Of a stretch of DNA of 64,000 nt, positions 1-12,924 are shown one piece after another (the first letter of the stretch is position 1; every line of letters starts with the position of its first letter). This stretch comes from Octopus sinensis. Lineage: Eukaryota. Below the pieces are notes generated by a model that saw only the letters and a program-made list of their open reading frames with translations, had not been told where the DNA came from and did not search any database. Position numbers and translations under genes: made by a program. The stretch spans positions 8,680,001 to 8,744,000 of the forward strand of contig NC_043017.1 of NCBI RefSeq assembly GCF_006345805.1, given 5' to 3'.

Positions 1-99
1 GAGATATTTGACTGAATGTCTGGTTTTTAAAACAGCCGACAGTTAAGATTTATGTGAAAAGTCTGGACTTGTGATCAAGAAGAAAGCTAAAGACTTTAA

Positions 100-232
100 A
101 AAAGTATATATATAATACATACATACATATATACATATATTTATATATATATATGCAATATATATATATATATTTATGTATACATATACATACGCACATA
201 CATCTATCCATATACATAATATGTGCATGTGC

Positions 233-266
<34 letters not shown>

Positions 267-271
267 TATAA

Positions 272-306
<35 letters not shown>

Positions 307-308
307 CA

Positions 309-378
<70 letters not shown>

Positions 379-449
379 GTATTATATATGTATATATATA
401 ATGTATATATATATATATATATATATATACATACATAAAAATTTACACA

Positions 450-480
<31 letters not shown>

Positions 481-875
481 CATATGCTCATATACTGATA
501 ACGACACCGCAAAAAAGAACAAGGAAAATAAACTTTTACATAGAAAAAAACGTTAAAACGTTTTTCAGAATGACAAAAGTAAATAAAAAAAAAACATATA
601 ACGGAGAGGTTTTTTTTTTATATATTTTGTTGTTAATTTTTATGATCCATTATGGGCCAATAATACTTAGTTAATTCAGATATTTGTTGTGTTTAGATCG
701 AATAACAGGGGTTACGCCTTCAGACATATTTTCGGGGCGACATTTTTTAAAGAGGTCAACATGTCCGTTTAGAAAAACCCAAACTTAAGCATATTTCAGG
801 AGATATTTCCTCGTTTTCTACTTTACTTTGTTGGAACTGACAAATGTCAGTACGTGTGAGTTGTATTATTTGCAT

Positions 876-926
<51 letters not shown>

Positions 927-1083
927 TACACACACACACGCACACACATACACACACACACATACATGTAAGTATATATGTATGTGTTTACATATATATA
1001 TGTATGTGTATATGTATATATATGCATTTGTATATATTCATATGTATGTGTTTGTATATTATTATTATATTTATACATATATA

Positions 1084-1146
<63 letters not shown>

Positions 1147-1450
1147 TTATATGTATACGTCTATATGTATGCATGTGTATATATATATATACATGTGTGT
1201 GTGTGTATGTATTGGTATATAAATGTAAGTATGTATATATATATCTTTATATATATATATATTTACACAAATCTAAAACTATATTTATATACACACACAT
1301 ACATACATGCATACATATATATACATACATACATACATACATACATACATACATACATACATACATACATACATACATACATACATTCATACATAGATGT
1401 ATATATATTTATATTTGTGAATGTATATATGTATGAAGGTATGTATGTAT
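100..1450. repeat. Compound (TA)n/(CA)n/(TACA)n microsatellite fields
   Basis: Directly visible dinucleotide and tetranucleotide runs; they generate the Y/I/C/V/H/T-rich ORFs. Confidence 0.95.
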
Positions 1451-2411
1451 AAGTCTACACACAAATTGTGCTGTTTGTGTGTCCATGTGTCACGATGTTT
1501 TATAGAAAAGCTCTTTCTTAAATTACAATATATTATCTCACAGTATATTATCTTTAAAGAAAACAGAAGGCAGTTTTGGTGCAAGCACTTTCACTGTTTG
1601 CAGCCTTATGCCTTGTGTGTTTGAAAAGCTGAAAACAGAGAAAGCGCTATATATATATGTTATACTACGGACTTATACACAATTTCTATCAACCAAATTC
1701 CCTCACATTCGTTGGTCCAGGTCTATTGTAGAAGTCAATGGCATCTAGGGCCGACCTAAATATGTTAGGTGCCATACTTTGATGACTGCTCGTGTTGGAG
1801 ATGACTCTTAGCGAAAGCGGGCTCGCTTTTCTTAACATTGCAATATCTAACGAAGACTCATATTTGTTAATGTCACGTTCTAGTGTGAGTCCTCATTGCA
1901 TGTGACGTAAATGAAACTCACATTTCTAAAGAGGTTTGAGTATACCAATGCAATTAATTACCTTGCTGACGGGGATGTTATACAAAGGGGGCATCTAGGG
2001 TTTCGCTTAATGGCGAACAGTGTTGCTAGGAAATCGTATCGCAATAAGCTTTGTCTTTACTCCTTCACTAAAATAGGAAGTCCCACGGAACAAACTGACT
2101 CCAAGCCATTCCCTGAACACACACATATTCCCTTCCAAAATATTCGTCACGTAAACATAGATGTCGTGTATGGGGGGGGGGGGATTGTGTGTGTGTGTGT
2201 GGGGGGGGGGGGTTATGTGTGTGTATGCGTTTTTTTGTGTTTCTGTGTGTGTTTCTGTGTGCTTTGTATGCATTATGTGTCAACATCGCCAAGTAACAAT
2301 GGCGACGGTTTCCCGATGACAACAGCCATTTTCAATCGGCTCCACATTATGTGTTGACACGACAGATGACTCCGATATCAAAGCTTTGCCTCTGTTTATG
2401 TGCATACGTAG

Positions 2412-2613
2412 CCATACATACATACATACATACATACATACATACATACATACACACACACATACATACATACATACATACAAACATACGTACATACATA
2501 CGTACATACATACATACATACATACAAACATACATACAAACATACATACAAACATACGTACATACATACGTACATACATACATACATACATACATACATA
2601 CATACATACACAC

Positions 2614-2644
<31 letters not shown>

Positions 2645-2711
2645 TACATACATACACACACACACACATACATACATACATACATACACACACACATACA
2701 TACATACACAC

Positions 2712-2744
<33 letters not shown>

Positions 2745-3030
2745 TACAAACATACGTACATACATACATACAAACATACGTACATACATACATACATACA
2801 TGCATACATACATACATACATACATACGCACAATCACACACATACTGACGTGCGCGTGCAGACACACACTTTCTGTATGTGCGAGTGCGTGCGTTTGGAT
2901 GTACGTATGTGTGTGCGTGCGAGCGTGTGCGCGTATGTGAATATACGCATTCACATATCTACATATACATATACGTATAAATATATGTGCGTATCGACAG
3001 ATAGATAGATAGACAGATAGATAGATAGAC

Positions 3031-3064
<34 letters not shown>

Positions 3065-3085
3065 ATAGTAGACAGATAGATAGAC

Positions 3086-3144
<59 letters not shown>

Positions 3145-3161
3145 CAGATAGATTGATAGAC

Positions 3162-3239
<78 letters not shown>

Positions 3240-3269
3240 ACAGACAGACAGATAGACAGAGAGACTGAC

Positions 3270-3352
<83 letters not shown>
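2412..3352. repeat. (ACAT)n array followed by (AGAT)n array
   Basis: About 2412-2830 is ACAT/ACAC units; about 2996-3352 is AGAT/AGAC units. Confidence 0.95.
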
Positions 3353-3353
<1 letters not shown>

Positions 3354-3425
3354 GGGTAGATAGGTAGATTACAAATGGTTTGCAGAACTAGTTCTTTACA
3401 TTTGTGAAAACTTTCGTCGGCAAGC

Positions 3426-3474
<49 letters not shown>

Positions 3475-4127
3475 CACCTTCAAGTCTTCTGGTGGAGTCC
3501 TTGGAAAATTTTAATGTGTCGTGAATATAGCGTCTGTGTCTCAGCCGTTGAAGTATAACTCAAAACGAACTCATCACATCAAGTATGGTCGTTTGAACAA
3601 GTGTAGTTTGGTTCTACATAAAGTTCGCCTGTGGCAACTGTAAGCAACTTATTTTCCTTCTGGATCACCTTGAGTGCAAAAGCACTAAAGCCAGTTCCCC
3701 CACCACCAAAATAAAAGTCGGGAGAAGCGTATTCAAAATACAATGAAGATGTTTCGAAGATAATTAACATTTTGAAGAAGAAATGTGTTTCATTTCTTTT
3801 ACTTCATTTTTATTAATTTGTTTCTTTGTTTGTTTATTCATATATTTATTATATGGTATTCCCAGTGAACCGAAACAACTTGTGTACAGTAAGTGGCAAT
3901 AAAATGCGTCAGTTTATAATAAATTACAAACTACAAGCTACAGAAGAAGTCTTGGCTTCAGCTTGGAAGCGTTTTGTTTTCAATAGTTCAATCGATTGCC
4001 TGTTGTGCAATACTGGACAGAGAGGCCTCGTCTTGGGATTGCATGGATAATTACTACTACTGCATGTAAACACACACACACATCTGCACATAGATTTATA
4101 TATGTCTATATATATATATACATACAT

Positions 4128-4410
4128 GCGGAGGCGCAATGGCCTAGTGGTCGTAGGATCGCGGTTTCGATTCCCAGACCGGGCGTTGTTAGTGTTTATT
4201 GAGCGAAAACACCTAAAAGCTCCACGATGCTCCGGCAGGGGGTGGTGATCCCTGCTGTACTCTTTCACCACTCTTTCTCGCACTCTTTCTTCTGTTGCTC
4301 GCTTAGCCAGCGGAGTGGCGTCATTCGAAGGCTAAAACAATGCGAACGCATTGTGACCAGCGATGTGTAACTACATCTGATGGACTGGTCGGTCACGTGA
4401 TCACGTGATA
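4128..4410 (+). mobile_element. tRNA-derived SINE
   Basis: Head GGAGGCGCAATGGCCTAGTGG (A-box-like) and GGTTTCGATTCCC (B-box-like); ends in GTCACGTGATCACGTGA before a (TA)n run. Confidence 0.8.
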
Positions 4411-5360
4411 TATATATACAAATACAAATACGTATACATACATACACACGCATATATATATATAAACATACAGATATATATGTATGTATATACATACACA
4501 AATACGTATACATACATACACACATATATGTGTTTGTGTGTGTGTAAGTGTGTCTTTCGGGGTCGTGGTCGTCATCATTTTTACGTATGCCATGCTGGCA
4601 TAGGTTGGGGGATTTGACAGGACAGGATCCAACGATTGGAGGACTGCATCGAACTCGAATGTCTGCTTTGGCATGTTTCTGCAGCTGGATACCCTCCCTA
4701 ATGCCAACCAATTTGCAGCATTGCTGGGTGGGGAGGGGGGTCGTGACAGTATTAATGAGATCGCTTCGTGGTTCGCAAGATTAGGATCGCCATCGACTGA
4801 GTACGGTCACAGTAAAGAGAGGGAGAGAGAGAGAGAATATGTATGTACGTATGTATGTACCCTTGCCTGACATCATTTTCTACAAGAATCGGATCAAACA
4901 GGAAAATACCATTCGAAATGAAGTAGATTTTCATACAAGAGTATAGAGTAAAAAAGATATCGACATCCTTCACGGGGTACCCCCATCATTTCCCGAATTC
5001 TCCATGATATATTTCCATTCGACCATGACAACAGGTTTCCCTAAATCAACAAAGTTGATATACCGTGTACGTGTATGCATATAAATATACATACAAGCTA
5101 ATACATACATACATACATACATACATACATACATACATACATACATACATACATGCTAATACATACATACATACATACATACATGCAAATAATATAGGTA
5201 ACGAAAATTGTATACATATTTGTTCACATAAGCATTCACAACCCACTACCATAGCTCACGCCTAGCTGTCTATATACCAAGATTTATTATATTTACGTAA
5301 TGACTGGGTGTATACAACGGACTCAAAAAAATGTCTTCAAAAAAAAACACGACATACCTA

Positions 5361-5368
5361 TGACGTCA
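5361..5368. promoter_or_regulatory. Palindromic CRE motif TGACGTCA in CpG-retaining unique sequence
   Basis: Exact 8-mer. Function is not shown; an 8-mer match can occur by chance in 64 kb. Confidence 0.15.
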
Positions 5369-5413
5369 TCACGTCTGGATTATTTTTACTTTCCCTCTCC
5401 CATTTTGCTATGT

Positions 5414-5454
<41 letters not shown>

Positions 5455-5523
5455 ATATATATATATATATATTTGTATATGTATATATATATCGATCTAT
5501 CTATCTATCTATATATATGTATG

Positions 5524-5569
<46 letters not shown>

Positions 5570-5742
5570 CGATCTATCTATCTATCTATCAGTCTATTAA
5601 TCTCGCTAGCTACCCCTCTAGCTGTGTCTCTCTTTTAAAGTGTATTATTGTATATTTATACAAACTTTAGATTGTATATGTACATATATACATATATACA
5701 CACATACATACTTATGTGTATGTATGTACATGCACACATACA

Positions 5743-5822
<80 letters not shown>

Positions 5823-6048
5823 CATACATATATATACACACATATATATATACACACATATATATATATATATATAAATATTATTATAATAAAGGTTACT
5901 ACGAAGTTGCATAGCATTACCTTTAATTCTTTAATTTATATATCGCCTCGCAAAGACCAACGCATGTTTCAATTGCACCGATTATATGTGTGCATGTCTG
6001 TGTGTGTGTGCATACATATTATATATAATTATGAGCGTATGTATGCGC

Positions 6049-6089
<41 letters not shown>

Positions 6090-6499
6090 TATATATATAT
6101 TGTACATGTCCCCGGGCAGAAACCAATTAACTATTGTAAAGTTGCATAATGCCAGTATATTCGTATCTTATATGCGCGCTTAAGTAATTACATATCAGAG
6201 TCGCCAACGATTTGCAAAGCATGTAACAACAGTGGAATAAGTGAATAACCATCATATCCTTAAATAATTACGACCTTTTGGCCATTTAATTAAGTCTTTG
6301 CCTTTTACCATTCGTTGCAATATAAAACTTCGCCCGACGTCTCTCTTTCGCAATTAGCCTAACAAATATGGCTGTTATTTCGATGTTATTCAATCTGCGG
6401 TCGAATAATCGTTAAATTTCAGCACGAAAACATTAATAGCGCATTAACACCAACCACAAGAAATGTCTTGAATCTTTGGGCTTATAGGGCCCGGTTATT

Positions 6500-6682
6500 C
6501 GGTTTCCATGACCTAGATTACAACATTGCCCTTAAAGGGAACGCCAGTCTATTGCAGGTTTACTCATTTACAATAGAGTGGACTTGAGCAAATTGAAATT
6601 AAGTGTTTTGCTCCCGAGCCACAACGCACCGCTTTGCCCGAGAATTGAAACTACGCTCTTACGAACCACTATGCCACACCCC
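6500..6682 (-). mobile_element. Degenerate tRNA-derived SINE, same family as 30045..30382
   Basis: Minus-strand head GTGTGGCATAGTGGTT followed by GAGCAAAACACTTAATTTCA..TTGCTC..GTCCACTC, matching the 30-kb copy. Confidence 0.6.
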
Positions 6683-6707
6683 TTCACAACGCTAATCATT
6701 CTAATCA

Positions 6708-7126
6708 TTACGGGGACGTAAACACACCAGCATCGGTTGTCAAGCGATGTTGGGTCGGTGTGTGTGCAAACACAGACACACAAACATACACACATACATA
6801 TATACGACGGCCTTCTTTTCAGTTTCCGTCTACCAAATCCACTCACAAGGCTTTGGTCGGCTCGAGGCAAGTAGAAGACACTTGCCCAAGGTGCCACGCA
6901 GTGGGACTGAACCCAGAATCATGTGGTTGGTAAGCAAGCTACTTACCACACATCCACTCCTGCGACTAGATGTATGTCTTTGGGCGCGAGTGTGTGCGCG
7001 CGCATGATGCAGCCATGATTAAAATAAGTACTAGGCTTACAAAGAATAAATCCTGGGATCGAGTTGCTCGACTAAAGGAGGTGCTTCAGCATGGCCGCAG
7101 TCAAATGACAGAAACAAGTAAAAGAG
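6708..7126. mobile_element. SINE split into an inverted 5' part (6708..6964, minus) and a sense 3' tail (7023..7126, plus)
   Basis: Both parts match the intact plus-strand copy at 31717..32157 (GGCACCTTGGGCAAGTGTCTTCTAC; AGTACTAGGCTTACAAAGAA...CAGCATGGCCGCAGTCAAATGAC). Confidence 0.75.
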
Positions 7127-7281
7127 TTTCTGCGAGAGTTAGAGGTTGGGAAGCCAACTAAATACCTCTCCAATACACTGCTGGTAGGTTTACCCAATTA
7201 TTCATACCCAAATGCTGGTCATTGCGTGGCAATCTCGCAATTGAGAGTCATATATGGGCAGGGTATATATATTTATATATA

Positions 7282-7342
<61 letters not shown>

Positions 7343-7987
7343 CCGTGTTCGTCCCTTCCTGTATTTCACGTTCTTTATATATAAAAACATTTATTCTTAT
7401 ATATATACCCTGCCCATGGTGGTGATGATAGTTATAGTGATGGTGCGGTGTTGGTGGTTGTAGTGGGGATCCTCGTGATCGTCATTGGGTCAGCGGTGGT
7501 ACTTGTGGTGCTTTGGGCTGGTAGCCGTGGTGGTAGTCGTAGTGGTGGTCGTCATGGAAACTAGTGGTGCTGGTGTCGGTCATCGCCGTCATTGTGTTGG
7601 GTGCGGTGCTAGTGGCGGTGGTCGTGGTAGAGAGAGTCGTGGCAGTGGAGAGGTTAGTAGATAGATAGGTAGATAGATAGAGAGAGAGAGAGAGAGAGAC
7701 ATACATACGCATGCACACACACACACATACACACCCACACACACCTAATTGTAGACTAAACAAAGGGACAAGTTTGTATCCATTAAACATGGAACCCTGC
7801 TGAGAAGAACAAAAAATAGTAATGTAATACTTGTACACACTGGATGCGTACACACGGGTATACATATACACTCATATGCATAGATACACACACACACACA
7901 CATACCACGTTCACATTATTTTAACAAACTGTGGTCCATAGAGGGCGTTTTAGTGGTGGTGATGGTGGTGGTGGTATTAGTGGTTGT

Positions 7988-8219
7988 GAGCTGTGAGCTG
8001 GCAGAAACGTTAGCACGCCGGGCGAAATGCGTAGCCGTATTTCGTCTGTCGTTACGATGTGAGTTCGAATTCCGCCGAGGTCGACTTTGCCTTTCATCCT
8101 TTCGGAGTCGATAAATTAATTACCAGTTACGCACTGGGGTCGATGTAATCGACTTAATACCTATGTCTGTCCTTGTTTGTCCCCTCTGTGTTTAGTCCCT
8201 TGTGGGTAGTAAAGAAATA
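7988..8219 (+). mobile_element. tRNA-derived SINE (GAGCTGGCAGAAACGTTAGCAC family) with 15-bp TSD
   Basis: Central block GTCGACTTTGCCTTTCATCCTTTCGG; perfect TSD GGTATTAGTGGTTGT at 7973-7987 and 8220-8234. Confidence 0.9.
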
Positions 8220-8331
8220 GGTATTAGTGGTTGTCGTCGTTGTAGTATTGGTAGTGTGTTGCATTGGGAAAGGTGGTGATGTAGTGTTGGTGGTTTGTTG
8301 ATAATAGTTGAGGCTATAGTACAGAGTCAGT

Positions 8332-8565
8332 TAAGGCAGCGAGCTGGCAGAACCGTTAGCACGCCGGGCGAAATGTGTAGCCGTATTTCGTCTACCGTTA
8401 CGTTCTGAGTTCAAATTCCGCCGAGGTCGACTTTGCCTTTCATCCTTTCGGGGTCGATTAAATAAGTACCAGTTACGCACTGGAGTCGATGTAATCGACT
8501 TAATTCGTTTGTCTGTCCTTGTTTGTCCCCTCTGTGTTTAGCCCCTTGTGGGCGATAAAGAAACA
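8332..8565 (+). mobile_element. Second copy of the same SINE with 17-bp TSD
   Basis: Highly similar to 7988..8219; TSD TATAGTA(C/T)AGAGTCAGT at 8315-8331 and 8566-8582 (1 mismatch). Confidence 0.9.
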
Positions 8566-8774
8566 TATAGTATAGAGTCAGTGGTGAAGGGAGCAGTGAC
8601 TGTGGCGCTAGCTGCGATGTTTAGTCATTGTTTGGTTGGCTGTTTGACTGGTTGATTAGTTAATTAATCAGTTGATTGGTTGACTGGTTAATTGGTCAAT
8701 TAGTTAATTGGTTGGTTGGTTGGTTAGTTGATTAATCAGTTAATTGGCTGGTTGACTGCTTGGCTGGTTGGTTT

Positions 8775-9003
8775 ATTAATTGGTTAGTTAATTAAATGGT
8801 ATTAATTGGTTAGTTAATTAATTGGTTAGTTAATTAAATGGTATTAATTGGTTAGTTAATTAAATGGTATTAATTGGTTAGTTAATTAATTGGTTAGTTA
8901 ATTAAATGGTATTAATTGGTTAGTTAATTAATTGGTTAGTTAATTAAATGGTATTAATTGGTTAGTTAATTAAATGGTATTAATTGGTTAGTTAATTAAT
9001 TGG
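8775..9003. repeat. Minisatellite of 26-bp ATTAATTGGTTAGTTAATTAAATGGT units mixed with 16-bp truncated units
   Basis: Directly visible tandem units. Confidence 0.9.
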
Positions 9004-9475
9004 CTGGTTGGTAGGTTGGTTTGTTGGTTGGTTGATTACTTGGTTGGTTGACTGGTTGTTTATCACAGGTGAGCTCCGGTTGAGCAAGCCACTGAGTCAT
9101 AACCCATCTGCCATCATTCTCTTAGATATTACCTATTGCAGATTACGCAGTCAAATGTGTTACTCAATGTATTACTCCAAGACAATAGAATGTAATTTGA
9201 GGAAGCTATAGTTGCTATTTCTAGCAGATCAAGTGACCACTTGTAGTAGTAGCATTGTGTTACAGTAGTAGTGTTAGTGGTGATGGCAGAGGTGATAGCG
9301 AGAGCTGATAGGGATATGTGTATCTATCTACTTATCTATCTAGCTATCTATCTATCTGTCTGTCTGTCTGCCTGCCTGTTATCCTTCCATCCATCATCTG
9401 TCTATCTGTCTTTCTGTCCATCCATCCGACTGTCTATCCATCCATCCATCCATCCATCCATCCATCCATCCATCC

Positions 9476-9539
<64 letters not shown>

Positions 9540-10211
9540 GTCTGTCTGTCTTTCTCTCTGTCTGTCTACCTCTCTATCTATCAATTTGTCTATCTGTCTA
9601 TCTGTCTGTTAGTCTATCTATTTGTCTATCTGTCAGTCTATCTATCTGTCTATCTGTTTGTCTATCTATTTGTCTGTCTGTCTGTCTGTCTATCTATTTC
9701 ACCGGTGAGTGTGTTACATAATAAGGCACAAAAAGAAAATGACTCTCCCCAGACACAGCAGAATATGCTTCAACACACAAACTCAAATATATCTATATAT
9801 ACAAAGACATAGACGCACACACACACACACAGACACACACACACACACACACATACACACACACACATGTAAATGTATGTATGTATGTGTTGTATAAATG
9901 TTTGTGTGTGTATTTGATAGATAGCAAGATAGATATAGAGATAAATATATATATAGATACACATGCGCATGCACATAAGTGCAGGAATAAAGTGATATAC
10001 CCAGCTTGACGCATAACATGTCATTCCTTTTTCCCAGACCATTTCCGGTGTGGGAGGAATCCTCAGAGAATGATGAAGGAGGCGCCAGTTACCTGATGCA
10101 CCACCAAAACATCAGCAACAACAGTCACACCCTTCTTTAAAAACAATGTAAAAGTAAAGCTTACATGTTCTTCCTCTCCTGAGACATAGGCCTTGCAGCT
10201 AACGAGCAATT

Positions 10212-10545
10212 GCATAACATTACATCATCATCATCATCTTCATCATCATCGGCGACGTCATCACCACCGCCTCAGTCACCATCACCACCACTACAATCAT
10301 CATCATCGTCGTCGTTGTCGTTGTAATTATCATCATCATCTTCATCATTATCACCACTACCACTACAACTATCATCATCATCACCACCATCGTCATCATC
10401 ATCATCATCACCTTCATCATTATCACCATCACCACCACCATCACCATCATCATCATCATCACCATCACCACTACAATCATCATTATCAGCAGCAGCAGCA
10501 GCAGCATTGTCATCATCATCATTACCATCTTCATCATCATCATCT
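10212..10545. repeat. (CAT/CAC/CAG)n trinucleotide tract
   Basis: Low-complexity tract; source of the poly-His, poly-Asp and poly-Met ORFs. Confidence 0.9.
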
Positions 10546-11283
10546 TTTAACATCCGTCTTCCAGTGAAATGCATTTAGCTGCAATGTCTGCTTTGCATTG
10601 GTCTCTATGGTTGGATGCCCTTCCTAATGCCATCCACTTTACAGAATGTCCCAGATATTTCTTTTTTTTTTGTGGCACCATAAACTAGTGAGGTCACCAT
10701 GTAATTCACAATACAAAAGATCCCCTCAAAAGAGTGGGAGTAATAGTAGAGAGGAAGACAGCTTGGTGCCATGTGCTCAGAGCTTCAAGCAATGGTTCTC
10801 AGTTGAGGTCCATATGATCTTTAGGGATCCATATGACTTTTAGATCTTGTGGGTAAAGTCTATACATCCACAATATACAAAATAGTTTAAGAATTTTTTA
10901 TACAAACATAGCTTTGGAGTAAGAAGCTTGCTTCCCAGGACTATAGTACAAGACACTTGCCCAAGGTGTCATGCAGTGGGACTGAACCTGAAACCATGTG
11001 GTTGGGAAGCGAGCTTCTTATCACACAGCCATGTCTATGCCTATTTGATTATATAAATATAACAGGATTTTTTTCTTAACACGGGTGTCCTGTAGAGCAA
11101 AATAGAAATCAAAAGGGTCCATATATATAGACTGGAGTGCAGGTTTCAAACCTGTATCTGACTGATATCAGAGTGGTTCATTTCCACCTTTTGGGCGAAG
11201 GACACCAAGGGCCTTCTTTTATCATAGTGGTGCTCCAGCATGACCACAGCCACATGGCTGAAATGATTAAAAGAGTATATATG

Positions 11284-11354
<71 letters not shown>

Positions 11355-12368
11355 GGATATGGCACTTTGGTCTTAAAGAGACTTTCATCTAAAGACACCT
11401 TGGTATAATGACACTTCGGTAAAATGACACTTAAGTTAGGTATACCTTGTGTTGATTATTTGTTCTTCTTTTCTTTGAACATCAAGAACATTATATGGAT
11501 TTGAATATGATTTGAATAAGACACTAAATTGCCTATGCCATGATTCAATAGTGTGAACTCATAAACATTCCATTCAGGTATTGAAAATAGTGGCTTTGAC
11601 CATCTTCCATTTCATTATAGCATTCCTTTTACAAAAGTATTTTCTATGTATTCAATAAACAGCAATGTGTTTTCAGGCGCATTCTGTTTCAAGCATTGCG
11701 GTCCTATTGGTACAACAGCAACAGGCAGAAAGGCCGAAGCATTCACTTTTTTCTTTTCGACAGAATAAAGAAAAGTCTATATCATTATCATAAAATTTTA
11801 CGAGTCCCAATGGCTGAATTTTTTTCCAAGTTGATTGGCAGAAATGGAAAAAACAGAAATGCACAGCAATATCACCAAAAACATGTAAAATTGCATTTCA
11901 AGCTGCCAGTCCAAAGTCTATGCTCACCTCACATTTTCAATTCCATGAGTTTCCATTCCTTCTACAAGAGCATACATCTTAACATAAATCTCTTCCAACT
12001 TCCCTGGTAGCAATACAAAAACAAACGGATGTATTTCACTGTGGATTTCAGCTTGAATTGTATATATTTGGTAAAAGATCTTATAAAACAATCAAGTCAT
12101 TATACCGAAATAATCATTAGATGATAGTTCTTTGTCCAAAAAGGATTATTAGAATATAGTTATTTAGAACTTTTCACAATTTTTTTTTGGTGGGGAGGGG
12201 ATTCTATCGACAAAACTGCTATTAAACAAAAATGTCTTTATACCAAAGGGCATTTAGACAAAAATGTCTTTAGACTATAGTGTATTTATACAAAAGTCAC
12301 TTTAGACCAAGGTTCTTTAAACCATGGTGCATTAGATTGAAGTGTTTTAGACGAAAAGTCCTCAATCC
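11355..12368 (-). mobile_element. Degenerate Mutator-like (MULE) DNA transposon with repetitive subterminal ends
   Basis: Minus-strand translation IDFGLAA*NAILHVFGDIAVHFCFFHFCQSTWKKIQPLGL...DFSLFCRK / AFLP / FSIPEWNVYE resembles the MULE DFExAxxNA...GCxFHxxQ motif. Termini GGATATGGCACTTTGGTCTT and the reverse complement GGATTGAGGACTTTTCGTCT sit in (TA)n, with short periodic subterminal repeats. Confidence 0.75.
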
Positions 12369-12868
12369 ATATATATATATATATATATATCTTCTCCATT
12401 TTTATAATTGTTTATGGTGTTTTATACCTATAACAAACTTTTCACTATATATATATATAAATAATAAATAGCAAAGAAGTAGTTTGATGAAATGTTATTT
12501 AACAATAAGAAAATTCTAATTGCTTCATAACTTAAAAGCATGTAAATAATTTATATTATTATATTTAACAATAAATCAATTACTTACATGCTTGCATTAA
12601 TGCAAAATGTCTTTCAAAATAAGTATAAAACTAGTTCCATGTTCTATGTCTCAAGAGAAAAAGAATGCTTAAGATTGTTTTCACATTGTTATAATGAAGG
12701 GTGTGTCAGATGTGATTATAGTGTTGGCAGTGGTAGATCAGGCAACTGGCGCCTTCTTCCTTAAATGCAGAGGATTCCACACTTTGGATAATTGTCTGCA
12801 AGTAGAAGACATTCTATACACTGTACTGGCTATATAGTTTTATAACTCCTCATGTATGCTTTAATATA

Positions 12869-12924
<56 letters not shown>

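Noticed and set aside
1911-2357. 148-aa plus-strand ORF
   Set aside because: No recognisable domain, runs through G and (TG)n repeats, and has no convincing splice context.
3548-3600. Box C (TGATGA) and box D (CTGA) on the minus strand, suggesting a C/D snoRNA
   Set aside because: The boxes are under 40 nt apart, too short, and I saw no clear terminal stem.
3579-3770. 63-aa minus-strand ORF with TGELYV (cadherin-like) or an FGF-like look
   Set aside because: Only a short motif match; no cadherin Ca-binding or FGF core motifs, and no partner exons.
3866-3888. Possible 23-nt micro-exon (CCCAG ... GTAAGT)
   Set aside because: Splice-like motifs occur often by chance; there is no frame or homology support.
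43-6183. Numerous Y/I/C/V/H/T-rich ORFs, here and throughout the window
   Set aside because: They are translations of (TA)n, (CA)n, (TACA)n and (TATC)n microsatellites with no protein-like complexity.
10193-10574. His-rich, Asp-rich and Met/Val-rich ORFs
   Set aside because: All frames of a CAT/CAC trinucleotide tract.
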